From the NCBI GenBank assembly GCA_963745745.1, contig CAVUYS010000068.1, forward strand, positions 27,614 to 91,613: a stretch of 64,000 nt of DNA. The letters are read 5' to 3'. Source of the DNA: an uncultured Spirochaetota bacterium (GTDB taxonomy: Bacteria; Spirochaetota; Spirochaetia; SZUA-6; DRHE01). The notes beneath the pieces are model-generated. The model made no database searches. It saw nothing but the letters and a program-made list of their open reading frames with translations, and had not been told where the DNA came from. Shown in pieces: positions 1 to 10,246 of the stretch. A program made the translations under genes and the position numbers. Within the stretch, counting starts at the first letter, position 1; each line of letters begins with the position of its first letter.

Positions 1-750
1 CGCCTTGATGGCCGAGGAGAGGATCACCATGGCATAGCCTGTCTGCAGCCAGACCATGATGGCGATGAGCAGAAGATTGTTCCAGCCGCCGAGCAGCAGC
101 CAGGGCTGGGCCCTGCCGCCCAGGGCGACGGCCACGGCGTTCAGCAGGCCGATCTCCTGCAGCCCGGCCGCTTCGCCCTTGTAGGAATAGACGAACTTCC
201 AGATCACTCCCGCCCCGACGAAGGAAATGGCCATGGGCATGAAAATGACGGCCTTGTACAGCTTCTCCCAGCGGCTGCGGTCCGCCAGGACCGCGATCAC
301 CAGGCCCAGGCCCACGCAGAACAGGGTGCCGAACACCATCCACAGCAGGTTGTTGCGGAAGCCCTCCAGCATGATGGGGTCCGTGAAGGCGAAGCGGAAG
401 TTGCGCAGGAACAGAAAACGCGTGCTGGTCTCGTCGAAGAAAGCCAGCCAGAGCGTCCTCAGGGTCGGCAGCACCAGGAACCAGAACAGGAGGGCCAGCG
501 CCGGGCCGGCGAAGACCAGCGGCAGCAGGTAGCGCCGGGCCCGCCGCGGCAGCATTTCCGCGCCCCGGTTGAGCACGTAGTACAGCAGCACCACGGAGCC
601 GATGCCCCACACCACGGCCAGGAGGGCGGCCGGGATCTTCGAGCCGCCGAGGGAGCGCAGCAGCGCGAATCCGCCATAGAGCACGGCGGCGCTCAAGAGC
701 AGCAGCAGGCCGAATCCCAGGACTGCCAGTCCCTTGCGAGGTTTCACCAC
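1..750 (-). CDS. ABC-type sugar transporter permease (MalF/UgpA-like). Only the N-terminal 250 codons are present; the gene runs off the left edge.
   Basis: The reverse-strand frame is open from GTG at 750 (GGGAGG 6 nt upstream) to position 1. The translation VVKPRKGLAVLGFGLLLLLSAAVLYGG...FMPMAISFVGAGVIWKFVY...LLIAIMVWLQTGYAMVILSSAIKA is multi-TM and permease-like. It lies directly downstream of the solute-binding gene. It is absent from the ORF track because it has no stop inside the window. Confidence 0.8.
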   Translation of the reverse strand, partial: MVKPRKGLAVLGFGLLLLLSAAVLYGGFALLRSLGGSKIPAALLAVVWGIGSVVLLYYVLNRGAEMLPRRARRYLLPLVFAGPALALLFWFLVLPTLRTLWLAFFDETSTRFLFLRNFRFAFTDPIMLEGFRNNLLWMVFGTLFCVGLGLVIAVLADRSRWEKLYKAVIFMPMAISFVGAGVIWKFVYSYKGEAAGLQEIGLLNAVAVALGGRAQPWLLLGGWNNLLLIAIMVWLQTGYAMVILSSAIKA

Positions 751-838
751 CTTTGACCTCCCGCCTGAAAGCAATGTGGCCCGCCGCGCAGGGCCGCGGC
801 GACGCCGCGGCCCTGCCTGGTCGCGTAGTGCGGGCCCG

Positions 839-2141
839 CTATTTCGGCCAGGACGCGTCGATGGCCTTCACGGCCTGGTCCAGGGTGTGGGTGCCCGAGA
901 CGTAGGCGGTCATTTCCTTCCAGAACGATCCCGCCCCCACCGCGCCGGGCATCAGATCCGAGCCGTCGAAGCGGACGCCTTTGGCGTTCTTGAGCAGCTC
1001 GCCCAGTCGCCGATCGATGGGATTGGTGTACCACTCCAGCTTGGCGTCCTTCTGGGGGGCCAGCGCGCCGCCGGACTGCACCCAGGTCTTCAGCGACTCC
1101 GCCGAGGTGAAGTACTGCATCACGGCGCGCACCTCGGGGCGGTCCCTGAACATGGCGTAGATGTCCCCTGCCACCAGCAGCGGGGCGCCGTAGGTGGAGT
1201 TCACGGCCGGCAGGTTGAAGAAGTCGAAGTCTTCGCCCGGGAACCAGGCCATCGGGGAAGAAGCTGACGATGAAGTTGCCCTGGTCGTGCAGCCAGGCCT
1301 TGGGCGGATCCTCGAAGAGCACCTTGGGGGCATCGCCGAAGCTGGTGGTGGCCACCGCCGCGCGGCCGCCGTAGACGTTGCCCTCGCCGAACCAGATCTG
1401 CGACCACTGCTGGATGGCCCTGCGCACCTCGGGGGAATCGAACTTCAGCTGGCCGGCCACCCACTTGTCGTAGTTGGCCAGGCTGGTGGTGCGCAGCATC
1501 ATCTGCTCGGTCCAGTCGGTGGCCGTCCAGCCGGTGGCGGCGCCGGACTCGATGCCGATCGCCCAGGGGGAGTCCCCGTCCTTCTTGATCTGGTTCATCA
1601 AGGCGGTCAGCTCGGCCCAGGTGCCGGGGACTTTGTAGCCGGCGGCGTCGAAGGCCTTCTTGTTGTACCAGACGATGCCTTTTACGTTCACGCGCGCCCA
1701 GATGCCGGCCACGATGCGGCCCTGGGGACCGTTCATGGTGCCCATGTCCAGCCAGCTCTGGATGTAGTTGGCCTTCACCTTGGTCATGTCCAGCACCTTG
1801 GACAGATCGATGGCCTTTCCGGTTTTCACGAAGTTGGAGAGCAGGCCGGGCTGGGGAAAGTCCACCACATCGGGCGGATTGCCGCCGTTGATGCGGATGG
1901 AAATGGAAGCTTCGAACTCCTTGGAGCCCTCGTACTGGATGTCGATGCCGGTGCGGGCCTCGAACTCCCGGACCGACTCGTTGAACTTCACCGCGTCGTT
2001 GTCGGTGAAGGGCCCCGACATGGTGACCACCGTGCCCTTGAGCTTGCCGGCATAGGCGTCCGACAGGGGGTCAGCGCCCAGCGCCACCAAACCGGCCGCC
2101 AGGATGGCCAGGGAAAGAACGGCGACGATTCTCGCTCTCAT
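839..2141 (-). CDS. Sugar ABC transporter substrate-binding protein (family 1), interrupted by one apparent frameshift near 1255
   Basis: ORFs 744..2141 and 839..1333 (minus) are the N- and C-terminal parts of one protein. Evidence: signal peptide MRARIVAVLSLAILAAGLVALGA, a WAIGIESGAATGWTATDW core, and the C-terminus FDFFNLPAV...GSFWKEMTAYVSG...ASWPK. The frames switch in the stretch 1250-1262. Confidence 0.85.
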
Positions 2142-2201
2142 CTTGCTCCTCCTCCATAGAAACGAATGTCATCTCCCCACGGGGAGTGCGGTCATAATGC
2201 C

Positions 2202-3236
2202 TCAGGTTGTGCCTCGCTCCACCACGCGCACCTCCAGGTGCACCCGTTGTCGGGGCCGGCCCGGCTCCCGGATGCCGTCCAGCACAAGCCGGGCCGCCAC
2301 GCGACCTGATTCCTCCAGCGCCTGATTGACGGTGCTCAGGTCCACGTAGTCAGCCGCCTCGATGTCGTCGAAGCCCAGCACGGCCAGCTGCCCCGGCACC
2401 GCCAGGCCCCGCTGCCTGGCCGCCTTCAGCGCCCCGATGGCCTGGAGGTCGGACATGGCGAAAATGGCGCGCGGCGGCACGCGCAGCTCCAGCAGCTCTC
2501 CGGCCAGCTGGCGCGCATCCTCCACGCTGATGCTGCCGGTGCGGACGTATTCGGGGGCCAGGGGCTGTCCGGCGGCCCGCAGGGCCTCGGCGTAGCCGCG
2601 CAGCCGGCTTTCGCTGGGCTGCAGGGAGAACGGGGGAACCGTGCTCTCGCCGAGGAAGGCGCAGGGCAGATAGCCCTTGGCCAGAAAACAATTCGCGGCC
2701 AGCCGCCCCCCCAGCACGTTGTCCGTCTCCACGCAGCTGAAGCGGGGGTCCACCTGCTCGATCAGGACGACAGGCAATCCCGTATCCATCAGGCCCCGGG
2801 TGTCCATTTCCCCTATGTTCATGGACATGACCACCAGGCCGTCGAAACGGCGCAGGAAGGAGATCGAGCGGAGGTATTCGGCCAGCTGCTCGGGCGAATC
2901 CACCGTGCAGACCACCATTTCGCAGTGGGCTTCCCGGAAGACCGCGGTCATACCCTGCAGGCGCTGGACGAAGGAGGGCGCGGGGAAGAACGGGGTGAGC
3001 ACGCCGATTCGCCGCGGGCTGCGGTGCACGCGCCTTCCGGCGTTGCCGCGCGGAAAATAGTCCAATTCGTCCATCGAGGCCCGGATGCGGGCAGCCGTGG
3101 CGGCGTTCACTTTCTGGGGAGAATTGAGGAAGCGCGACACGGTGGCGATGCTGACGCCGGCCCGCGCGGCAACGGTATAGATCGTTGACCTGCTCTTTGC
3201 CGGCGTGGTATGCTGCGGGCTTGAAAGCACTTTCAT
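2202..3236 (-). CDS. LacI-family transcriptional regulator
   Basis: ORF 2202..3284. The HTH TIYTVAARAGVSIATVSRFLN is followed by a periplasmic-binding-fold sensor domain (VLGFDDIEAADY). Start placed at MKVLSS. It lies between the sugar ABC genes and a divergent GH13 gene. Confidence 0.9.
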   Translation of the reverse strand: MKVLSSPQHTTPAKSRSTIYTVAARAGVSIATVSRFLNSPQKVNAATAARIRASMDELDYFPRGNAGRRVHRSPRRIGVLTPFFPAPSFVQRLQGMTAVFREAHCEMVVCTVDSPEQLAEYLRSISFLRRFDGLVVMSMNIGEMDTRGLMDTGLPVVLIEQVDPRFSCVETDNVLGGRLAANCFLAKGYLPCAFLGESTVPPFSLQPSESRLRGYAEALRAAGQPLAPEYVRTGSISVEDARQLAGELLELRVPPRAIFAMSDLQAIGALKAARQRGLAVPGQLAVLGFDDIEAADYVDLSTVNQALEESGRVAARLVLDGIREPGRPRQRVHLEVRVVERGTT

Positions 3237-3258
3237 GAATATTCTTTCATCAAGGATT

Positions 3259-4873
3259 ATGAAGAGTTTCCAGCCGGCTGTCAATCTTTTTCCGCTGACC
3301 TCGCTGTGGGACAGCCTTTATCCGGGCGAGCAGAGAGTCCGCGATGAGCTCCTGCGGTTCCTCGCTTCCGCTCGCCACAGGCTGCCGGCGGGAACCGGAA
3401 CGCCCTTCGATCCAGCCGGGCTCGTGTACTGCTGCTACGGCGAAGCCTTTTTCTCCAATTCGCACCCTACGGCCCTGGATGCCCTCGCCGATCAGCTCGA
3501 GCGCCTGCATTCCCTGGGCGTGCGCACTCTGTGGACGCTCCCCCTGCTCCGCTCGCCGGGACGCGACGGCGGTTTCGACACCAGCGGCTACGAAGAGGTG
3601 GATGCGCGCTTCGGCGGCAATCCCGCCTTCCTCCGGCTGCTCGAGCGGGCGCGGCAGGCCGGCATTCTGGTCGTGTTCGACGTGGCGGTCAACCATACCT
3701 CGGAGGACCACCCCTGGTTCATTTCCGCGCGTTCCAGCCGCAGCTCAGCGCATCGCTCCTGGTACCATTGGAGCGATGACGACCGGAGCTACGCGGGGGC
3801 CCCGCACATCTTTACGGGCCTGGTGGATTCCAACTGGAGCTGGTCGGCGGAGGCGGGCCAGTACTACTTCCATCGTTTCTATCCATTCCAGCCCGACCTC
3901 AACTACGCGGAGCCCGCCGTGACCGCCGCCATGTGCCGGGTCCTGGCCGGCTGGCGCATCGCCGGGGTGCAGGGCTTCCGCCTGGATGCCGCGCCCATGC
4001 TGTGGAAAAAGGAGGGCTCGAGCTGCGAAGGCCTGCCGGAAACGCACCTGGTGCTGAAGATCTTCCGCGCGGCTCTGGACCTGCTCGGGGGAAATACGGT
4101 GCTCCTGGCCGAGGCCAACCAGCCAGCGGCAGCGCTCAGGGAATACTTCGGCCAAGGCGACGAGTGCAACGCGGCCTTTCACTTCCCGCTGCTGCCCCTG
4201 CTCTGGCAGGCGATGGTCGAGGAGCAGCCGGACGTCCTGGTGCAGGCCCGCTTCCCGCAGCTCCCGCCGGGCTGCACCTGGTTCACTTTCCTCCGCTGCC
4301 ACGACGAGCTCACTCTGGAGCTGCTCCCGCCCGAGCCGCGGGCGAAGCTGATGCAGGCGCTCTGCCGGCAGCCCTCCTGGAGCTTCCGCGGCGGTCTGGG
4401 CCTTTCGGGCCGCTTGTTCGAGCTGCTGGGCCGGGATCCGGACCGCGCGGTCCTGGCCTTTTCCGTGCTGTTCTCCCTGCCCGGCACCCCCGTGCTGTAC
4501 TACGGGGATGAGGCGGCCGCCGGCAACAACGAATCCTATTACCGGCAGAAAATCCGTTCCACGGGGTTCGACGACTCGCGGTTCCTGCACAGGGGACCCC
4601 TGGAGCCCGGGCAGACGGAACGGGCAGCCGCAAACCCGGACAGCCCGGCAGGACGGGTGCTGCGAGGGCTGCGCCGGATCATCGAGGCTCGAGCCTCGAT
4701 TCACGGTCTTGCCGAGGTCCCTCCTGCCCTGGAGGCCAATGGACCGGTCCTCATCGCCGAGCGGAGGGCGGCCGGGCGCACCCTGGTCGCCCTCAGCAAC
4801 CTGTCCGCCAGGTCCGTCCAGGCGCGCGGGACGCCTGCTGGCGCCCTACGAATGCATCTGGGAAGTCAGCTGA
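3259..4873 (+). CDS. GH13 alpha-amylase-family enzyme (amylosucrase/trehalose-synthase-like), one apparent frameshift near 4830
   Basis: ORF 3205..5310 carries GH13 motifs: VVFDVAVNHTS, GFRLDAAPML (nucleophile Asp), LLAEANQ (acid/base Glu) and FLRCHDELT. The start is ambiguous (3205, 3235 or 3259). The family-typical end ...RLLAPYECIWEVS* lies in the frame of ORF 4508..4873, so the true stop is TGA 4871-4873. The listed extension to 5310 crosses a terminator hairpin and is antisense to the next gene. Confidence 0.8.
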
Positions 4874-4905
4874 AAAAAATACCCTCCCCGCCTGGGCGGG
4901 GAGGG
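4873..4905 (-). terminator. Rho-independent terminator, oriented for the minus-strand gene 4933..5433 (may also stop the plus-strand GH13 gene)
   Basis: The GC stem CCCTCCCCGCC (4882-4892) pairs with GGCGGGGAGGG (4895-4905). The A7 tract at 4873-4879 reads as a T-run after the hairpin on the minus strand. Confidence 0.55.
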
Positions 4906-4932
4906 TGCGGTATTGCCCGCTCGCTACTTCGC

Positions 4933-5433
4933 TTAAAGCCAGAACAGGACCGAGGCGCCCAGCATGCCGGTGCTCTTGTCCCAGGCCAGGCCGCCGTCGA
5001 TGATCAGACCGGTGATGTAGCTCAAGCCTACGGTCAACTTCCCCAGCTTGATGTCGGCATTGGCCTTGATGTTGAAGCCGAACATGGCCGGATCGGCCGC
5101 GCCGCCGAAGACGTAGGTGAAGTTCGGGCCCGCGCCCAGGGACAGGCGCAGAATCAGCACGTCCAGCGCCAGACCGACGTCGGTGTACAGGTCCAGGGCC
5201 GTGGTGTCCCCCGCAAAGGTCAGCAGGCCGAGGGCCTCCAACTGCAGAATGCTGAACTTGAAGCGCACGTCAGGGCCGAAACTGAAGCCCCCGCTGGTCA
5301 GCCCGGATGAGGTGACCTCCTGCCCGATCAGCACCGGGGAGTTGAAGAACGCCGCGCCGCCCAACCCCAGTTCCGCGAAAGAAAGCAGGGGGATCAGGCA
5401 CAAGACCAGCACGATGAGAACGCGTTTGCTCAT
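4933..5433 (-). CDS. Small exported protein, possible outer-membrane beta-barrel (hypothetical)
   Basis: Signal peptide MSKRVLIVLVLCLIPLLSFA, then alternating hydrophobic/Gly-rich strands (FKFSILQLEALGLLTFAG, LTVGLSYITGLII). Followed by the terminator at 4873-4905. No family recognised. Confidence 0.55.
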   Translation of the reverse strand: MSKRVLIVLVLCLIPLLSFAELGLGGAAFFNSPVLIGQEVTSSGLTSGGFSFGPDVRFKFSILQLEALGLLTFAGDTTALDLYTDVGLALDVLILRLSLGAGPNFTYVFGGAADPAMFGFNIKANADIKLGKLTVGLSYITGLIIDGGLAWDKSTGMLGASVLFWL

Positions 5434-5533
5434 AAAACCTCCTCACGCGACCCGGTAGGGTCTGCCCACAATGTATCGCTCCTCCGGCCGACAATCCAGG
5501 CAAATCACCGCGCCAGGGTGATACGGCGGCCGT

Positions 5534-6808
5534 TCAGTCCAGGTTTTCGAAAAGTCGCAGGCGCGCATTGCGCCGGAAACCGGACACGTCGATCCGTCCC
5601 AGCAGGACCAGGGAGACCGCCAGCAGGACGGCCAGCAGAAGGAAGATGGCAATGTAGCCCCGCAGCGGCGAGACGCGTCCCACCAGGTCCCGGACCAGGC
5701 CGCCGGAAGTCGAACCGGCCGCGCGGGAAAAGGCGCTGGCGATCCCCCACAGCCCGATGAAGGTCCCCTCCCGGCCGGCGACGGTCATGTCCATCATCAG
5801 CGACATGTTGGCGATGGTGGACAGGCCGGTGCCCAACCCCAGCACGACCGTCCCTGCGTAGAATACCGGCCGGCTGTCCAGCAGGCCGCTGGCCGGAAGG
5901 ACCAGCAGGGCAGCCAGCGCGGCCGCGCCGCCGAAATAGGCGATGGTCTTCTTGGCCAGCCGGCGCTCCACAGCGGCGCCCAGCAGCATGGCCGCCAGGA
6001 AGCTTGCTCCCCAGATGGCGGTCAGCCGGGTGGACTGGGCAATGGGCAGGCCCAGCACCTCCGCCGCGAAAGGCTCCAGAAGCAGGTCCTGCCCGAACAC
6101 CGCCGAAAGAAGGAGCAGCAGGTATACGAAGAAGAGCCGGACCTGCGGATTGTTCACCGCGCTGCGCAGGACAGGTCCCCAGGGCTCGCGCCGGCGCTCT
6201 GTCCCGGCCGCGCTGCGCGGCTCCAGGCCGGCCAGGCCGGCCAGGCCGATCAGCAGGGCGGCCGCGGCCACCAGGGCGAAGGAGCGGGCCAGCATCGCCG
6301 GGGAGTAGGGGTCCAGCAGCCGTCCCAGTCCGAGGGAGGTGCCGATGATCCCGGCGATCATCAGCAAGTACATGATCGCCAGGCCGCGGCTCCGCCGGCT
6401 CTCGCCGAAAAGCTCGGTGGCCAGGGCCAGGTAGGACACGGCGGCCAGGTTGTAGCCCATGCCCCAGGAGCCGAAGGCGGCGGCGGCAACGGCCAGTCCC
6501 AGCCAGAACCGGCTGGCCAGCAGGTAGGCGCAGTAGGGCGCAGCCGCCACCCCCGCGGCGCACAGCAGCAGCCCGCCCAGGATATACGGGCTGCGGCGCC
6601 GGCCGCCCAGGGGGTGGCGGTCGGAAAAGGAGCCGATGGCCACCTGCAGGGGGCTGAAAAAGTAGGGCAGCGAGGCCAGCAGCACCACCAGGGTGGCCGA
6701 CAGGCCCAGCTCTTTGATCATGATGCGGTTCAGCGTGCTGTTGATCGGGACCAGGGTCATGGCCACCGCCATGTGCAGCAGGCCGATCTGGATCGCGGCG
6801 CGGATCAT
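5534..6808 (-). CDS. PucC/LhaA-type (BCD family) MFS transporter
   Basis: The N-terminus GLLHMAVAMTLVPINSTLNRIMIKELGLSATLVVLLASLPYFFSPLQVAIGSFSDRHPLGGRRRSPYI matches the PucC/LhaA hallmark (LNRVMIVELG ... SDxH...G.RRxPYI). About 12 predicted TM segments. Intact. Confidence 0.75.
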   Translation of the reverse strand: MIRAAIQIGLLHMAVAMTLVPINSTLNRIMIKELGLSATLVVLLASLPYFFSPLQVAIGSFSDRHPLGGRRRSPYILGGLLLCAAGVAAAPYCAYLLASRFWLGLAVAAAAFGSWGMGYNLAAVSYLALATELFGESRRSRGLAIMYLLMIAGIIGTSLGLGRLLDPYSPAMLARSFALVAAAALLIGLAGLAGLEPRSAAGTERRREPWGPVLRSAVNNPQVRLFFVYLLLLLSAVFGQDLLLEPFAAEVLGLPIAQSTRLTAIWGASFLAAMLLGAAVERRLAKKTIAYFGGAAALAALLVLPASGLLDSRPVFYAGTVVLGLGTGLSTIANMSLMMDMTVAGREGTFIGLWGIASAFSRAAGSTSGGLVRDLVGRVSPLRGYIAIFLLLAVLLAVSLVLLGRIDVSGFRRNARLRLFENLD

Positions 6809-6811
6809 AGC

Positions 6812-7279
6812 TCAGAAGTATCCGATCAGGCGGCCCAAGGTGAGAACCGCCAGCCAGGCCGCCAGCGAGAAGGCGGCGGCCGCGCGGGCAGGCCCCGGCC
6901 GGCCGCCGGCCGCTGCCCTGGCCGAGAGCAGTCGCATTCCCAGCGTGCCGGCCGCGGCCAGCAGCAGGAGAAGCATCTTGGAGACGAACAGGCCGGAGCG
7001 GGCGTAAGCGCTGGCCCGGGCGCTGAACAGCAGAAATCCGCAGGCCAGGGCCAGCAGGAATCCCGCGTCAGCCGTGCGCGAGAGCGCCTTTCGCAGGGGT
7101 TCCAGGGGGATGGCTTTCCAGGCCCCCAGAATCCGCAGGCTCAAGGGGGCGCTGCCGCCCACCAGCAGGGCAATGCCGAGGATGTGGCCGGTATTGACCA
7201 GCGGATAGGCCCACAGCGAGTTGCGCAGCCCTGTCGCCAGGCTCGTCCCCTCCAGGGCCACGAGCCATTCCGCCAGCAC
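6812..7279 (-). CDS. Integral membrane protein, unknown function
   Basis: 155-aa ORF with about four hydrophobic helices (NSLWAYPLVNTGHILGIALLVGG...). It lies 3 nt upstream of the PucC-like gene and 14 nt downstream of the next gene. Confidence 0.55.
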   Translation of the reverse strand: MLAEWLVALEGTSLATGLRNSLWAYPLVNTGHILGIALLVGGSAPLSLRILGAWKAIPLEPLRKALSRTADAGFLLALACGFLLFSARASAYARSGLFVSKMLLLLLAAAGTLGMRLLSARAAAGGRPGPARAAAAFSLAAWLAVLTLGRLIGYF

Positions 7280-7293
7280 GTTCCGTCAGTCTT

Positions 7294-7659
7294 TCAGGAT
7301 TCCCGGTCGGGATACAGGTCGTAGCTCACACCGCCGATCACGACGCGCTCGGCTTTGACCAGACGCTCTCCCGCGCGCGCGGAACGATGCCCGTGCACGG
7401 TGATCCACACGCCATTGGCCAGCAGGGAATCGCTCAAACCCGCGTCGGTGTTGCGGTACGGCTGGCCCACCTCCACCACCCAGCGCTCCTCCCCCACCTG
7501 GATATCCACCTCTCCATGGGGATAGCCCAGACGCACCTCCACGATCCTGCCCGATACCTCGAACTCCTCGTCCGTGGCCCAGCCCCAGCCATGGTGGGCC
7601 CAGGAAACCTGACCAAGCAGCAGCGCAGCTGCCAGCGTCAATGCGTATCGCTTGAACAT
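7294..7659 (-). CDS. Small secreted protein, resembles DUF6152-type proteins
   Basis: Signal peptide MFKRYALTLAAALLLGQVSWA, immediately followed by HHGWGW and the block SGRIVEVRLGYPHGEVDIQV. This layout is as I recall it for DUF6152. The assignment is tentative. Confidence 0.5.
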   Translation of the reverse strand: MFKRYALTLAAALLLGQVSWAHHGWGWATDEEFEVSGRIVEVRLGYPHGEVDIQVGEERWVVEVGQPYRNTDAGLSDSLLANGVWITVHGHRSARAGERLVKAERVVIGGVSYDLYPDRES

Positions 7660-7708
7660 GCTTCAAAGATACGAAGCCTCGGCCGGAGGGGCCAGGGCTT
7701 TTTCCGGT

Positions 7709-8554
7709 TCAGGGCCTGGCGACCACCTCCCGGTGCAGTCCGCTGAGCACCTCGACATACCTGGGCTCGAAGCTGATCTGGTTGTTGACCCTTCTGCCGA
7801 ACACGCCGGCCGCCGTGTCCCCGCAGCGCTCGATGGAAGGGTTGTCCCGGGCCACCCCTTTGAGGGTGACCGTGCCGTCGTGCACCTCGATTTCCAGGTG
7901 GTGCACCGGCAGCCTTTTCTCAAACAGGATCGACACGAAGGCCTTCTGGACCAGGTAGAGCTGCTCCACCTTGCTCCGGGCCTCTTCCCGCCTGGCGTTG
8001 ATTTCACCGCTGGCCAGTGTTCTCAGGATCAGGTCGGCGGCCCCCCTGGGTGAAAGCTGGTGGGTGTTGATGACCAGGTCGTACAGATAGGAGGAATCCC
8101 AATCGGCGTGGAAAAGGAAACGGTGGAATCCCGAACGCTCGTTGTCCGAATGCTGCGCCAGCAGCAGCGCCTTGTGCAGGTCCTTCCCGGTCTGCTCGCC
8201 GAGCTTCCGGACCCGGTCCTGCAGCGGCGCCGCGATCCGGATTTTCAAGACGCCCGGGACCTCGGCGAACATCAGCTGCCCGCCCCTGCCCAGGATGATG
8301 CATTCCCCCTGCCGGGCGAACTCGTAGCTGGCCAGCTTCAGGTAATGCAGGTACCTTTCCTTGCCCGAGGATAGCCGGTGCCACAGGTCCGGCCTGCGCT
8401 CGTTGAAGGATTCCACTACGGCCTGGGGGAAACCCTTTTCCACGAGCAGCTGTTCCAACCTGGAGTTGTCCAGCATTCTCCAGCCCAGCTCCGCGGCCAC
8501 CAGCCGGGTGATCTCGTCCCCGTCCGATCCGTATTGCCTGGATATGGTCAGCAT
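7709..8554 (-). CDS. Cytidylate-kinase-like family protein with C-terminal BON domain
   Basis: The N-terminus MLTISRQYGSDGDEITRLVAAELGWRMLD and the segment ILGRGG...LKIRIAAPLQDRV are typical of the cytidylate-kinase-2-like family. The C-terminus HHLEIEVHDGTVTLKGVARD is BON-like. Confidence 0.7.
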   Translation of the reverse strand: MLTISRQYGSDGDEITRLVAAELGWRMLDNSRLEQLLVEKGFPQAVVESFNERRPDLWHRLSSGKERYLHYLKLASYEFARQGECIILGRGGQLMFAEVPGVLKIRIAAPLQDRVRKLGEQTGKDLHKALLLAQHSDNERSGFHRFLFHADWDSSYLYDLVINTHQLSPRGAADLILRTLASGEINARREEARSKVEQLYLVQKAFVSILFEKRLPVHHLEIEVHDGTVTLKGVARDNPSIERCGDTAAGVFGRRVNNQISFEPRYVEVLSGLHREVVARP

Positions 8555-8653
8555 GGCGGCACCTCCCCCTGCCTAAAGCATAGGAGCGGGCAGGCCGGCC
8601 TCCAAGCATGGATTAACAGGTATGAACCTTGTATGCCAACCTACAGGTCCCCG

Positions 8654-9526
8654 TCAGCCCAGCTCGTAGCGCAGGAAGGAGGAAAGGTTCACCTTCTCAT
8701 TGTCGATGCCCAGCTTCTTGCGGATGTTGTGCCGGTGCCGCTCCACGGTCAGGAGGGAAATACGCATCAGCTCGGCGATCTGCTTGTTGGACAGGTTATT
8801 GCGGATCAGGTTGCAGACCTCCACCTCCCGTGGACTGAGCCTGACCCGCTCGTCGCGGACCTTGCTGGAGAACGGGGAGGTGACGTCCTCGAGGTTCTGG
8901 CGGACCACGTGCAGGTAGGTTTTCCAGTCCTCCGGGGGGGTTTCCGAGCTCTGCATCTTGCCCAGCAGGGGCAGGACCGTCAGCTCGATGTTCATGCTGA
9001 TCTGATCCCGGAGGGCTTTGCGCTCCAGCTCGACCTGGGAGATGATCTCCTTCAGGGCGATGTTCTTGTTCTGCAGCTCCGCGGCCTGCTCGCGCAGCTC
9101 GTGCGTGGTCCGCCTCAGGGAGATTTCCGCCTCCTTCTTCTCGATGATCGCCCCCAGCAGCTCGGCGATGGCCTTCAGCAGCTGCTTCTCCTCTTCCAGG
9201 AACGTGGCCCGGGCGGGCCGTGAGCCGCCTTCCAGGCAGGCCACCTCCACAAAGCCGCGCGGGCGCTTTCCCACCTCGATGCTCTCCCGCAGGGCGCTGC
9301 TCCGGGGCGAATAGTCCTGCGAGCGGTATTCTCGCCCGCCGTAGGACAGGCGGACGCCGGTCCGCTCCGGGTACTGCCAGGCCTTGGGGATCACCCGGAT
9401 GATCTCCCGCAGCAGCCTTTCCAGGCTCAGGGAGCGGTGGCTGAACAGCTTCGAGATGTCGTAGAGGCAGTGCAGCTCCTTCATGCGCTCGAGCAAGGCC
9501 CTTCTCTGGCCGGATGGTTTCTTCAT
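8654..9526 (-). CDS. LuxR/FixJ-type transcriptional regulator with an N-terminal sensory region of unrecognised type
   Basis: C-terminal HTH LSPREVEVCNLIRNNLSNKQIAELMRISLLTVERHRHNIRKKLG. A central coiled coil (ELREQAAELQNKNIALKEIISQVELERKAL). Intact 290 aa. Confidence 0.8.
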   Translation of the reverse strand: MKKPSGQRRALLERMKELHCLYDISKLFSHRSLSLERLLREIIRVIPKAWQYPERTGVRLSYGGREYRSQDYSPRSSALRESIEVGKRPRGFVEVACLEGGSRPARATFLEEEKQLLKAIAELLGAIIEKKEAEISLRRTTHELREQAAELQNKNIALKEIISQVELERKALRDQISMNIELTVLPLLGKMQSSETPPEDWKTYLHVVRQNLEDVTSPFSSKVRDERVRLSPREVEVCNLIRNNLSNKQIAELMRISLLTVERHRHNIRKKLGIDNEKVNLSSFLRYELG

Positions 9527-9543
9527 CTCCGTCTACATTCCGC

Positions 9544-10246
9544 CTACATATGGAAGATCCTGCGTATGTCATCGCGCGTCGCCTTCAGCCGGTACTGGAC
9601 GTAGAGCAGCAGCCCGACCAGCGGCAGGAGGCAGCCGAAGACCACCAGCGACCAGCTCAGCCGGAACTCGCCGGAGAAATACAGGTTGACCACCGCCTCC
9701 AAACCCGGCACGAACAGGCCGGCGCCGGCCAACACCGCGGCCAGCATGGCGAAGAACCTCGCCCTCCAGGCCCGCGCCACCGCCCAGACCAGGGCGGCCA
9801 ACGCCCCGGCCAGCACCGTGAGCGGCAGGGCCAGGGCCGGCGCCCAGGGCCTGCCCGGCGTCAGCAGGTCCAGGGCCAGGAGGAACAGGGCCAGCACCGC
9901 GGTCCCGGCGGCAAGCAGAAGCAGCCAGTGCCGGCGAAGAAAGAGCAGCAGCGAGGCGGCCGCCCAGAGGAAGGCGACCGCAACCAGCGGGTAGCGGGCC
10001 CAGGTCACGGTCATGCTGTAGGCGAAGTCGGCCACCAGGACCACCGCGGCGCCGGTCCCGGCGAACAGCGACCAGATCTCCCAGAGACGCCGGCGGGTCA
10101 GGGGAGCGGAAGGGCCTGCGGGAGTCACACCGGAGACGGGAGGCGCCGCCTGCCCTTCCGGCTGCCCCCCCGAAGCGGCGCCCGGCAGAGAGGACAGCGG
10201 CCCGCCGCCTCGTCGATCTGGACTCCGCAGTTGCGGCAGACAGTCA
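9544..10246 (-). CDS. Zinc-ribbon membrane protein; apparent frameshift in a C7/G7 homopolymer at 10165-10171
   Basis: From ATG at 10246 the frame reads MTVCRNCGVQIDEAAGRCPLCRAPLRGG (CxxC...CxxC). It then hits a stop unless it shifts, in the 7-nt run, into ORF 9544..10269, which encodes 5-6 TM helices (LWEIWSLFAGTGAAVVLVADF...). The start overlaps the upstream stop as ATGA. Confidence 0.65.

Noticed and set aside
4874-5310. A C-terminal extension of the GH13 ORF out to 5310
   Set aside because: The extension crosses a strong terminator hairpin and is antisense to the signal-peptide gene 4933..5433. The family-typical C-terminus (...LAPYECIWEVS*) is found in the adjacent frame and ends at 4873.
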